Shown: positions 29,701 through 39,636 of the stretch, one piece after another | Layout of the letters: each line of letters starts with the position of its first letter | How positions within the stretch are numbered: position 1 is the first letter of the stretch | Source: Candidatus Helarchaeota archaeon | GTDB taxonomy: Archaea; Asgardarchaeota; Lokiarchaeia; Helarchaeales; RDOG01 | Reading direction: 5' to 3' | NCBI GenBank assembly: GCA_029838215.1 | Contig: JALGVI010000006.1 | Location: 38,385 to 102,384 of the forward strand | Length of the DNA stretch: 64,000 bases | Made by a program: the position numbers and the translations under genes | Notes under the pieces: generated by a model | Told to the model about the DNA's origin: nothing | The model's input: only the letters and a program-made list of their open reading frames with translations | Database searches by the model: none

Positions 29701-30348
29701 CTAAATAAAGCGAACACCTATATTTAATCCAATTTTTATGTCTTCGGGTTTCGAGTTATTTAATTCTACCAATTTCAGAATGAATTCGTGTATTTTATAT
29801 TTGTCAAAATATTTTTCAACGTTACCGTAAGTGGGTTCAATCTCAACGTGCTTGCTGTCATGATAGAGAAGGTTGTAATCATATTCTCGAATGAAATCAC
29901 GCAATCTCAGCATATTTTCTTCAACAATTCCTCGATTAAATTCAATAATGATGAGTTCCCCAATAAAGGACACGGGATCCTCTAACATCTCAATAAATGT
30001 TTGATATGAAAAAAGAGGAAAATCCCAAAATTCTATTTCACGAAGCTGTTTGAGCTCATGAAGATGAAATAGAAAGTCCCCGAGAATTTCTTTACTGGCA
30101 GCATAAACCTTCATTTCGCATTCGTTACAAAACTCAACCCCCAGAATTTCGAAACACGATTCATGAAGATTTTGTTTCTTCTGGATCTGTGATTGGAGAC
30201 TCCCAAACCACTCAAGTATGTGGTTATCAAGCACCGGATCAATGACTTTATCATCTTTAAAATCATAGATCTTTCGTTCAAAGAGAATAGATACTTGATT
30301 ATCAAAATACCTGTCCTTATATTTATTCCAAAATTTAGGAAAGTCCAT
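29701..30348 (-). CDS. Hypothetical protein
   Basis: 215 aa ORF with host-like composition; contains CNEC. Confidence 0.75.
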   Translation of the reverse strand: MDFPKFWNKYKDRYFDNQVSILFERKIYDFKDDKVIDPVLDNHILEWFGSLQSQIQKKQNLHESCFEILGVEFCNECEMKVYAASKEILGDFLFHLHELKQLREIEFWDFPLFSYQTFIEMLEDPVSFIGELIIIEFNRGIVEENMLRLRDFIREYDYNLLYHDSKHVEIEPTYGNVEKYFDKYKIHEFILKLVELNNSKPEDIKIGLNIGVRFI

Positions 30349-30875
30349 TTATTGTTCCCCTTTTTACTTTGAAAGATGTGTGTAGATACATTTCCCCTTA
30401 AATCGTTGTAGTAAATCTGGTGAAACTCTAATGCGGCTTTTTGCACTGCATTTTAAAAAATGGGTATCTTTTAGACTTAAAATAATATATCTATAAAAAA
30501 GATATCCAAGCATAAAAAGGCTAGCAAACCAACACGTAATTCTTTTTTAATTCATTCAACCGCAAAAACACGTGATTCTTGAATAATGAAATAAATATAG
30601 AATGGTCCAGTTTCTTTTTTTTCAATTAGTTAAATAAAATATCAATACCCTGAACCAGAGTTCTTGAATGGTTTACATCGATTCAAAATGGCAAGACACG
30701 ATAGTCCACATCATTCCAAATTTTTACGAATTTAATTTTTTTTGTCGGATTCACTCCTAAGTAATCAATTAATAATTTATAGGAAATATCGTATCATAAA
30801 TTGAAATTACGAATTTATGTAAATGGCTCAAAAATGGAAGGTTTGAGACTGAAATTCAAAGGAGGTCATGCTGAG

Positions 30876-31016
30876 ATGAGTACTCATGCGCAAATAGGAG
30901 TGTTTTTGACGAAGGCAAGACCATTCTTAATCGTGGCAGGAATAATTGTTTTGGGCATAATTCTTGGTTATTTATTTGGATATGTTTTAGGTGGAACTCG
31001 CATCCTTGTAGGATGA
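30876..31016 (+). CDS. Small single-TM membrane protein at the head of the ABC operon
   Basis: GGAGG at 30861-30865, ATG 30876; MSTHAQIG...FLIVAGIIVLGIILGYLFGYVLGG. Confidence 0.55.
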   Translation: MSTHAQIGVFLTKARPFLIVAGIIVLGIILGYLFGYVLGGTRILVG

Positions 31017-31050
31017 CAGCAATTAGAATTTCAAGCGAGAGGATTTTTAA

Positions 31051-32193
31051 TTGGAACAAATTAAAAGAAAACCAAAGAAACGAATCTTCACGTATTTTCT
31101 CATCTTTATCACGTGTTTCGCCGTAGCCGCATGTATCGGATTTCAAATTGGGGGATCAGTTCATACCGATTATACTATTGTCATAACCTATAGCTCGGAG
31201 AAAGACTCGTGGATGAATAAAATAATACCGCTCTTTAAACAATGGTTCGAAGAACAAACGGGAAAAACAATTACGGTCAATTTTAGACCAATGGGATCAC
31301 GTTCAATAATATTATCAATCATCACGGGCGAGATAAAACCGACAATTATAAGTCCTGCATCAGGAATCTGGTTGCCATACTTAAATTCCCTTTGGAAGAA
31401 TAATCCTGTTAATACTAAAGATATTGTTCACCTCTCGAATCCCAACTTGACAACTAGTTGCATTTATTCTCCAATTGTAATTGGAACGTGGGATTGGTAT
31501 AATGCCTCGGTTGGTGGAATATCGAATTTTCAAGATATTCACGATTTGACACTCGATCAGTTTCGTTGGGCTCATACAGATCCTCAGCTTTCAAATTCCG
31601 GTTTCATGACCATAATAATGATGGTTGCAGCCTATTTATCAAAAAATACGACCGAGTTGGTTACGACGGACTTGCAAAACCCGAATTTACAGCAGTGGAT
31701 GAGGCAAATAGAATCAGATATCGCTTTTTACGGAAAAAGCACGGGATTTTTGGCAAAGAAGTCCGTGCAATTAGGGCTAAATGCTTTTATGGTCTATGAG
31801 AACATAATTATTGACTTCAATCGAAAAGCTTCAGGCGATAGCAGTAAAGCAATAGCCGTTTATCCATCAGACGGAACACTCCTTTCAGACCATCCTTTTG
31901 CAATTTTAGATACGGAATGGGTATCGGATGATGATAGATATGCTGCAACAAGATTTTTGGAGTTCATTCAAATGGATGAAATTGTTGCTAAAGCATTCCA
32001 ATACGGTTTTCGCCCCTTAAACGAAACGATCCTTCAAAATCCAGCGTATAATTCCACGTTCAATACTTATTTTACGGAGAATTATGGCGTTCAACATGAT
32101 ATTTCAGTTCCCATTTATGGTACGACTATTGATTCATTAGTATTAGATCAAATTACCGATTTATGGATAGTCACACGAAATTTAGGATTGTGA
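31051..32193 (+). CDS. ABC transporter substrate-binding protein (type usually fused to vWA domains)
   Basis: N-terminal TM anchor; YSSEK, GS..I..I..G..KP...SPAS, SPIVI, HTDP..SNSG, VYE, YP.DGT..SDHP. Confidence 0.8.
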   Translation: MEQIKRKPKKRIFTYFLIFITCFAVAACIGFQIGGSVHTDYTIVITYSSEKDSWMNKIIPLFKQWFEEQTGKTITVNFRPMGSRSIILSIITGEIKPTIISPASGIWLPYLNSLWKNNPVNTKDIVHLSNPNLTTSCIYSPIVIGTWDWYNASVGGISNFQDIHDLTLDQFRWAHTDPQLSNSGFMTIIMMVAAYLSKNTTELVTTDLQNPNLQQWMRQIESDIAFYGKSTGFLAKKSVQLGLNAFMVYENIIIDFNRKASGDSSKAIAVYPSDGTLLSDHPFAILDTEWVSDDDRYAATRFLEFIQMDEIVAKAFQYGFRPLNETILQNPAYNSTFNTYFTENYGVQHDISVPIYGTTIDSLVLDQITDLWIVTRNLGL

Positions 32194-32196
32194 ATC

Positions 32197-33927
32197 ATGC
32201 AAGAGCAACTTGAATCTCTAAAATTGCAGATTGGTAGATTGTTTAGAGCAATTGAGAAGAAGCTCTCATCAAGAAGGGTTAGTCGAGTAGCAGATGTAGT
32301 GGCAATTATTGCGTTTTTCGTTATCATTTTAGTTCCGATTCTCTACATTTTTGGATATGTATTTTTTAGCGGTTCAGAAATATTAAATAACATATTTTTC
32401 CATCCGATATCCGGCGACACGCGATTTCGGGACATGTTAATTGCTCTTAGTAGATCTTTTTCCATTGCAGGTATCGTCGTGATTTTTGACATCCTGATTG
32501 GATTACCGATGGCTTTGATTCTTGCCCGCGGGAACTTTCGAGGGAAAAAAATACTTGATACTCTCGTGGATTTGCCGTTGGCGGTCCCAACTGCGGCTTT
32601 AGGTTTTTCTGTTTTTCTATTTTGGGGAACAGGAGATGGAATAGGATGGTTTTTTGGTGGTCATGGGTTGTTTACCGAGGGATTCTGGATGATCCTTTTG
32701 GTGCATGTCATTTTCACATATCCTTATATCGTGAGGAACTTGAAAGTCGTCATCATCAACATTGATAAAAATCTTGAAGATGCGGCCCAATCCTTAGGAG
32801 CTCAGAAATTCACCATATTTCGCACGATCACCGGACCTCTCATGAAAGAAGGATTGATCGCGGGTTCCATACTTGCATTTACACGAAGTCTGGGAGAGAC
32901 GGGTGCAACTTTAATCGTGTATGGCGTTTTTGAAACTGCGCCGATTCAAATAGTAAAAGCAAAAAGCTTGGGGTTATTTGGATCTGCTGCCTTTCTAACA
33001 ATGTTATTGGTTTTAATATCCATCGGTCTCTTAATTTTAGTCAAAGTCATAACAAGAAGAGTTGGACTCCCGATTCAAAAAGTCTGGGTAGGTCCCGAGA
33101 AGATATTATCAAATAAATACTTGAAATACATTCGAAATTTTATTATTTTTCTATTTTTCGCAGTATTGATATTAATCCCTGCTCTTTTCATCATTCCTTA
33201 TTTGTTTCAAAACCTATTAGGTCCGGATGGTGCCATCATGCAGGTTTTCAATTTAGAAACGAATAAATGGGCAGGTCTTTTCGTAAGTCTCTCGAATTCA
33301 ATTATTATTGCTTCTATAACAGTAGGCGTGACGATACTTATTGGAATTCCAATGGCATATATTATCGTTCGTAGAAAATGGGGTAAATTCAACGCCATCC
33401 TTGATACCCTAGTCGATATTCCGCTAATCATACCTTCAGCAGCTTTGGGTTTCTCAGTATTTTTATTCTGGGGAACACTAGGTCCATTTGGAATTTTTGC
33501 CCAATCGGAATATTGGCCTTTAAATCCCGGTTTTTTCCTAATCACGTTAGTTCACATAATTTTTTGTTTCCCGTACATGGTTCGTGTACTCATTGCAGTT
33601 ATTGGCGGGATGCCTCAAGGATTTGAAGAAGCGTCTCGGACTCTTGGTGCACCTGCTTTCACGTCATTTCGTAAGGTTACGATTCCCTTGATAAAAAACG
33701 GAATTTTAGCCGGTTCGATCATGGTCTTTACTAGAAGCCTCGGAGAGACGGGTGCAACTTTTGTCGTGATGGGACTTGAACGCACGATTCCTGTAATGAT
33801 AGTTGATTGGGTTGAATCATTGGATTTTGCTGCCGCAGCATTTGCGAGTGTAGTCTTAATAATTCTATCATTTATTTTAATTCTAACGTTAAGATACATA
33901 ACTGGAAAAGAAAGTAGCATTAATTAG
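32197..33927 (+). CDS. ABC transporter permease with two fused TM modules (ModB/CysT/FbpB-like)
   Basis: Duplicated LVD.PL..P.AALG and EAA motifs (LEDAAQSLGA, FEEASRTLGA), and FTRSLGETGAT twice. Confidence 0.93.
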   Translation: MQEQLESLKLQIGRLFRAIEKKLSSRRVSRVADVVAIIAFFVIILVPILYIFGYVFFSGSEILNNIFFHPISGDTRFRDMLIALSRSFSIAGIVVIFDILIGLPMALILARGNFRGKKILDTLVDLPLAVPTAALGFSVFLFWGTGDGIGWFFGGHGLFTEGFWMILLVHVIFTYPYIVRNLKVVIINIDKNLEDAAQSLGAQKFTIFRTITGPLMKEGLIAGSILAFTRSLGETGATLIVYGVFETAPIQIVKAKSLGLFGSAAFLTMLLVLISIGLLILVKVITRRVGLPIQKVWVGPEKILSNKYLKYIRNFIIFLFFAVLILIPALFIIPYLFQNLLGPDGAIMQVFNLETNKWAGLFVSLSNSIIIASITVGVTILIGIPMAYIIVRRKWGKFNAILDTLVDIPLIIPSAALGFSVFLFWGTLGPFGIFAQSEYWPLNPGFFLITLVHIIFCFPYMVRVLIAVIGGMPQGFEEASRTLGAPAFTSFRKVTIPLIKNGILAGSIMVFTRSLGETGATFVVMGLERTIPVMIVDWVESLDFAAAAFASVVLIILSFILILTLRYITGKESSIN

Positions 33928-33939
33928 AAGGAAACAGCC

Positions 33940-35046
33940 ATGCCCAACGTAAAACTAGTAAACATAAAAAAAGTTTTTGGAAAAGACGTGGTTGCGGTTG
34001 ATGGTGTAAATTTAGAGGTTCAGGATGGTGAGTATCTTACGTTACTCGGTCCTTCAGGATGCGGTAAAACGACGACGTTTCGCGTTATTGCGGGTTTGGA
34101 AAAACAAACGGAAGGTCAGGTTTTTCTGGACGGCGTGGAAATCAGCGATGTGCCCCCAGAGGATCGTGGAATTGGGATGGTCTTTCAACATTTTGAGATC
34201 TTTCCTCATTTGGATGTATGGGATAACGTGGCATATTCTTTGAAGATTCGAATATTTCCGAAACGTCAAATCGAAGAACAGGTTCTCAAGGCATTGAAAA
34301 TGGTAAACATGATAGATAGGGCGGGAGCATTCCCCAGGGATTTAAGTGCTCCAGAACTTCAACGGGTCGGAATTGCCCGGGCCATTGCCACGATGTCAAA
34401 ATTATTATTATTTGATGAACCTTTGGGATCCCTGGATCAAAGATATAGAGACGAATTTCGAATAGAACTCCGCAGGATCATAAAAGAATTGGGATACACG
34501 GCAATACACGTCACGCATGATCAAGACGAGGCAATGATGATCAGTGATAGAATCGCCGTAATGCGGCAAGGTAAAATATTGCAAGTAGGAACGCCTACAG
34601 AGTTGTACACGCGTCCGAATAGCATATTTGTTGCCAACTTTATTGGTGAATCTAATTTCTTCAATGGAATGATCATTAAAAAAAATGAAACCGGAGTTAA
34701 AATTCGAATGCGAGCAGGAGGACCCGTCATACAAACTTCAGATAATTCAAGAAATATTGGGGAATCAGTTGTTTTTTCCATTCGTAAAGAATTTGTAAAA
34801 CTACATCCGCTCGGTTCCAATGATCCTTATACGATCGAAGGAGAAATTCAGGAAATTTCTTTCTTAGGCTCGTATTTACGCGTCTACATCACCTTGAAAA
34901 ATTTGGACTCTGTCGAAGCAAAGATTACATATCCACCAAGATTTCCCATTCAAGTAGGAGATCGAGTGCGCATTAAGTTTCATCCCAAGAATATCATGGT
35001 ATATGATTATCCGAAGAATTTAGAGTATGAATTAGCTCTTGAATAA
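33940..35046 (+). CDS. ABC transporter ATP-binding protein (PotA/MalK-like) with a variant signature motif
   Basis: GPSGCGKT, LSAPELQR in place of LSGGQ, LLFDEP, HVTHD, C-terminal TOBE region. Confidence 0.93.
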   Translation: MPNVKLVNIKKVFGKDVVAVDGVNLEVQDGEYLTLLGPSGCGKTTTFRVIAGLEKQTEGQVFLDGVEISDVPPEDRGIGMVFQHFEIFPHLDVWDNVAYSLKIRIFPKRQIEEQVLKALKMVNMIDRAGAFPRDLSAPELQRVGIARAIATMSKLLLFDEPLGSLDQRYRDEFRIELRRIIKELGYTAIHVTHDQDEAMMISDRIAVMRQGKILQVGTPTELYTRPNSIFVANFIGESNFFNGMIIKKNETGVKIRMRAGGPVIQTSDNSRNIGESVVFSIRKEFVKLHPLGSNDPYTIEGEIQEISFLGSYLRVYITLKNLDSVEAKITYPPRFPIQVGDRVRIKFHPKNIMVYDYPKNLEYELALE

Positions 35047-35058
35047 AGAGGCAAGAAG

Positions 35059-36174
35059 ATGCCAGAAGTTAGGTTGGATAACATCAATAAGTCATTTCGT
35101 GGACAACAGATCCTGAAAAACATATCTTTCGATGTCAAGCAGGGAGAATATTTTACCGTATGTGGACAGACAGGAGCGGGAAAGAGTACCCTACTCAAAA
35201 TAATTGCAGGGTTGGTGGAACCAGATTCTGGCGAGATTTACTTAGATGATAAATGCATCAATAAAGTTCCGCCTGAGGATCGCGGCATTGGGATGGTTTT
35301 TGAGCATAAAACTTATGCCCTATTTCCGCATCTAACAATTCTCGAAAACGTGGGATATGGATTGCGCGTGAAGGGCGAAAATTTGGATGAAGTTCGAGAG
35401 ATTGCCAGGCAAATGCTTGAATTGGTTCTCTTAGAAAAACGTGCAAATGCGTATCCAAGCGAGTGTAGCGGGGGAATGAAACAACGTGTCGCCTTAGCAC
35501 GGGCATTAGTTATTTCCAATTTGAAAACGGGATTGATCCTGCTCGATGAACCGCTTTCGGCTTTGGATGCAAAGATCAGGATGGATTTACGTCATCAACT
35601 CACGCGGTTAGTCAGAGAATTGAAAGTAACATGCATCCACGTTACACAAGATACTGAAGAAGCATTAATGATATCAGATCGGATTGCAATAATCAATAAG
35701 GGAGAAATCATTCAAATTGGAACGCCATTGGAGCTCTATGAACGACCAATCAATCTATTTGTTTGTCGATTTCTAAGCCTTTCGAATTTCTTTGAAGGAA
35801 AAATCAAAAAACATGGTGAAAAATTGACAGAGATTGAATTGAAAAACGGCAAAGTAATAAAAATACGTCGATCCTCTTACCCCAAAGGTTCAATAGTTGT
35901 CGTTGCCGTTCGTGCAGAAAACATCATGGTTCATCATGAACGCGATCCTTCAATCATGAATTTGTTAGAGGGCACGGTTCGAACGTCTAAATTCGTTAGC
36001 GGGAACAATATTGAAGAAATAGAAATAGCTGAAAATCAAATAATATTCTCGAAAAGGCACGCCACGCAAATCTGGTCAGAACCCGGCGATAAAGTCTGTA
36101 TTTCTTTCAAGCCAGAAAGAACATTGATTTTTCCGTATCCGGAAGAAGGACTTGAAAAAGCACTAATGCTATAA
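35059..36174 (+). CDS. ABC transporter ATP-binding protein (PotA/MalK-like)
   Basis: GQTGAGKS, CSGGMKQRVALARA, LLDEPLSALD; H-loop reads HVTQD. Confidence 0.93.
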   Translation: MPEVRLDNINKSFRGQQILKNISFDVKQGEYFTVCGQTGAGKSTLLKIIAGLVEPDSGEIYLDDKCINKVPPEDRGIGMVFEHKTYALFPHLTILENVGYGLRVKGENLDEVREIARQMLELVLLEKRANAYPSECSGGMKQRVALARALVISNLKTGLILLDEPLSALDAKIRMDLRHQLTRLVRELKVTCIHVTQDTEEALMISDRIAIINKGEIIQIGTPLELYERPINLFVCRFLSLSNFFEGKIKKHGEKLTEIELKNGKVIKIRRSSYPKGSIVVVAVRAENIMVHHERDPSIMNLLEGTVRTSKFVSGNNIEEIEIAENQIIFSKRHATQIWSEPGDKVCISFKPERTLIFPYPEEGLEKALML

Positions 36175-36220
36175 ATGTATTGTTAAAAAATAAAGATTTA
36201 ATTAAAAAAAATGGAAAAAT

Positions 36221-36781
36221 TTAATCTCCGCTAAAACCTAATTCTTCAATCTCTTCTAGAAGTAGTTGGACGGCTTGTTGCACGTCTTCCTCGCTCTTGG
36301 CACCAACGCATACGATTTTCCCAGAGGCAAAAATTAAAAATACAACCTTTGGATTCTGCATGCGGTAAATTAATCCGGGAAAAACTTCAGGCTCGTATAA
36401 TGCTCTTTCTAAACTAATTGACATTAAATCAAGATTTAACTTCAGGTTTAAATCTCCACTTGCTACGATATTTTGGATTTTTATTTCGGGTTCACTTTTG
36501 ATTTTAGCACCGTATTTACTGATGACCTTCAACACTTTTTGCGTGATCGGTCCGACATCTTTTTCCTTTTTGAGTCCTGTCAAGACCAACTTGCCCGTAC
36601 TAAAAACTAAGATGGTGCTCTTGGGTGCTTGAATTCGATAAATCAATCCGGGAAAAGTATCAGGATTATATTCCGTATGCTTGTTCTTCATTGCGATATT
36701 ATTCAAATCTATTAAATTTTCTATATCAAATCGAACGCTTGCTACGATATTGACGATTTTATACGTTGGTTTTGGGGTCAT
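36221..36781 (-). CDS. tbp: TATA-box binding protein
   Basis: Two direct repeats: NIVAS...YNPDTFPGLIYRI...LVFSTGKLVLTG and NIVAS...YEPEVFPGLIYRM...LIFASGKIVCVG. Confidence 0.98.
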   Translation of the reverse strand: MTPKPTYKIVNIVASVRFDIENLIDLNNIAMKNKHTEYNPDTFPGLIYRIQAPKSTILVFSTGKLVLTGLKKEKDVGPITQKVLKVISKYGAKIKSEPEIKIQNIVASGDLNLKLNLDLMSISLERALYEPEVFPGLIYRMQNPKVVFLIFASGKIVCVGAKSEEDVQQAVQLLLEEIEELGFSGD

Positions 36782-37003
36782 TCATGCATTCCTCTCATTT
36801 AACTAACTTTAAATCCACAAAATTCAAAAAACGAAATTTTATTTATAAACTTTATATACTTTAAAAATAGAAAAGAATTTCATTTATAAATCTTCTATCT
36901 CGATATCTTAAAAAAGAGATGAAATTGGTATTTATTTTATTTTTTCATCTCATGAATTCAGGGTTAAAATGCGAGAATTTCAAGTTTTCAAGGCGATAAT
37001 TGC

Positions 37004-38148
37004 ATGACAGATGAAAATCGGTATGAATCAAGAGGTGTTTCTGCGACAAAAGATGATGTAAAGAATGCCATTAAAGAAATCGATAAAGGATTATTCCCGA
37101 AAGCGTTTTGCAAGATCGTTCCCGATCAAATTGGCGGAGATCCTGCATATTGTAATGTTTTTCATGCTGATGGTGCAGGAACTAAAACATCTCTGGCGTA
37201 TATATATTATAAAGAGACAGGCGAATTGTCATGAACCTCGATGATGTTCTTTGTGTTGGCGCAACCAATAATTTTCTAATATCAAATGTAATAGATCGTA
37301 ATAAAAACTTGATTCCGGGAGAAGTTATTTCAGCCATAATAAAGGGTTATGAAACGTTTTGCTCGCGTTTACGGGAAATGGACGTGCAAATTTTCTTAAC
37401 AGGCGGAGAAACTGCTGACGTTGGTGATTTAGTAAGAACCATTGCTTGTAATTCCACGATTATTACTCGGATGAAGAGAGAAAATGTAATAACAGGAGAA
37501 AATATACGGGGAAATGAAGTGATCGTTGGTTTTTCGAGCACGGGACAAGCAAGTTACGAAAGTGAAATCAATAGTGGAATGGGAAGTAATGGTTTAACAA
37601 TGGCACGTCATGAAATGCTATCGCGAATTTATGCCGAAAAATATCCTGAAAGTTATGATAACGTCCATTTAACGGATTTGGCATATACCGGACCTCACGA
37701 ATTATTGGAAACCATTCCAGAATTAAAGATGAACGTTGGAAAAGCATTGCTCTCGCCAACACGAACATATGCACCCATAGTTCGTAAGATCTTGGATAGA
37801 TTTCGAACAAGTATTTCTGCCATCGTCCACAATACAGGCGGTGGCCAAACGAAATGCCTGCACTTCGGAGAAGGTATCCATTACATTAAAAACGATCTAT
37901 TTCCAACGCCTGTTTTGTTTCGAATGATTCAGGAAGCATCAAATGCAAGTTGGAAAGAAATGTATCAGGTTTTTAACATGGGTCACCGACTTGAAATCTT
38001 GTGTGATGAATCTCTAGCAAAGGAAATCATTCAAATCGCAAAAGAATATAAGGTTGAGGCAAGAATTATAGGACATTGTGAGCAAGCACGAATGAAAAAC
38101 AAACTAACCATTCAAAGTGAATACGGTGAATACACGTACATGGTTTGA
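37004..38148 (+). pseudogene. purM: AIR synthase (PurM, Bacteroidetes-like type) split by an out-of-frame internal deletion
   Basis: The N-part RGVSATKDDV...HADGAGTK..LAY..Y.ETG.LS joins directly to MNLDDVLCVG...GGETADVGD...SPTRTY...HNTGGGQTK...VFNMG. The usual intervening V.KGIAQDA..-like segment is missing at ttgtc|atg (about 37230). Confidence 0.8.
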
Positions 38149-38165
38149 AGTTTGGAAGTGAGAAA

Positions 38166-38585
38166 ATGGAAGAAGAACGAAAAAAATCTGAAAAAGAAGA
38201 ATTTAGAGAACCGGAGCTTTCAGACTTTGAAAAAAAGGAAATATCCAAATTTCAAGGAATGAGAACCAAAGTTCAAATCTCCGAAGATGAAAAAAAACGC
38301 CTAGAAGAACTTGCCAGGGCTGCTGAAGAAATCAAATTAACAAATGATGAAGCCACAGTATTGGACATGCTGACACGCCGCAAATTTCTTGATCAAATCG
38401 TTCGAGAGTTTAATCTCGCCTTGAGACCACTGGGAAAGCCTCTTTATAGTCCTGAAAAAATCAAGGAAATTTTAAATTCATTAGAAGATAAAAAGCAAGT
38501 TAAAAAAATAACCGTAAATGAAAAAGAAGTTTGGATAAGCACGGAGCATTATAGTGAGAAATTATTTGGAACCGATCGCTTATAA
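38166..38585 (+). CDS. Hypothetical protein, possible C-terminal winged helix
   Basis: Charged N-terminus followed by an helix-helix-wing-like pattern (IKEILNSLEDKKQVKKI..NEKEVW). Confidence 0.7.
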   Translation: MEEERKKSEKEEFREPELSDFEKKEISKFQGMRTKVQISEDEKKRLEELARAAEEIKLTNDEATVLDMLTRRKFLDQIVREFNLALRPLGKPLYSPEKIKEILNSLEDKKQVKKITVNEKEVWISTEHYSEKLFGTDRL

Positions 38586-38591
38586 AGAACG

Positions 38592-39119
38592 TCATTTATT
38601 GACAGACGCAGCACATTGCTTTGCAATTTCTTCAAACGCTTCAGCTACGTTAAGCCCATCTTTTGCAGAGGTCAGAAAATAAGGAATGCCTAATTCTCTC
38701 GCTTTTTTTGCCACGTCTGACTCGGGCACCAGCTCAACATCCGTCAAGTCAGATTTATTTGCCATTATCACGCTTGGAACGGGACCTCGTGCACCTTTCT
38801 CCAAGTCATCTTTCCATTTATTAACCGAGTCAAAAGTCTCACGCCTACTTCGATCGAAGACCAAAACACCAGCATGTGCTCCCTGGTAATAAAAAGTGCG
38901 GATGGCACCAAACCGATCATGACCACCAATATCCCAAACCGTTAAAACAACTTCCATGTCCTGTAATTCAACGATCTTGAGATTAAAATCTGCACCAATT
39001 GTAGGGAGATAACTGCTGTCGAATTTGTCATCAGAATAACGGCGAATCAATGATGTCTTTCCTACAGACGGATCTCCAATAACTATAACCTTGAAGGCCA
39101 ATTTTTTCTGTTCTGTCAT
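38592..39119 (-). CDS. Rab-like small GTPase (Ras superfamily)
   Basis: G1 GDPSVGKTS, G2 YLPTIG, G3 WDIGGH, G4 NKSD, G5 TSAK; no CAAX or CC tail. Confidence 0.95.
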   Translation of the reverse strand: MTEQKKLAFKVIVIGDPSVGKTSLIRRYSDDKFDSSYLPTIGADFNLKIVELQDMEVVLTVWDIGGHDRFGAIRTFYYQGAHAGVLVFDRSRRETFDSVNKWKDDLEKGARGPVPSVIMANKSDLTDVELVPESDVAKKARELGIPYFLTSAKDGLNVAEAFEEIAKQCAASVNK

Positions 39120-39213
39120 CGCATAGCTCCCCTAAAATTCATGATAACATCAAATCTTGCTGGAAAATCCCAAGAAAGAATTTCCTTTCTTGATGAAGAA
39201 TTTTATTTTTTTG

Positions 39214-39244
39214 AATCTATTAATAATTTAAATCTATTAATAAT
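39214..39244. promoter_or_regulatory. 14-bp direct repeat in a divergent intergenic region
   Basis: aatctattaataat at 39214-39227 and 39231-39244. Confidence 0.4.
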
Positions 39245-39372
39245 ATAGAGATCTTTCATAATTTTTATACTTAATGTTTCGCCCTTCCTCGCTAAAATAA
39301 CATGGGACATCAAGAAACAAAAAAGATTACTTAAAATTAATGAAATGAGCAAAACTTCAGCCCATTTATGGA

Positions 39373-39636
39373 GTGTTTGAGTTGAAAAAAACGTGGAGAT
39401 GGATCATTTTTTTAGCCTGCGTGGTGCTTTCCATCCTTTCACTCGTGCTCTTCTTTGTAGGATTTCCGCTTCTATTGTTTTTCTTGATTTTTCCACCGAT
39501 CATATTTTTTGGAGATTCAAATAAATCAACAAAAAAGCAAGTCTCGAGTTATTGCATGATTTGTGGTTCGAGAATTCAAGAACGTGATAACTTTTGTTCA
39601 AATTGCGGCGAGAAAATTGAACGAGAGGAACGATAG
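39373..39636 (+). CDS. Small membrane protein with C-terminal zinc ribbon
   Basis: Two TM segments, then CMICG...FCSNCG. Confidence 0.8.
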   Translation: MFELKKTWRWIIFLACVVLSILSLVLFFVGFPLLLFFLIFPPIIFFGDSNKSTKKQVSSYCMICGSRIQERDNFCSNCGEKIEREER

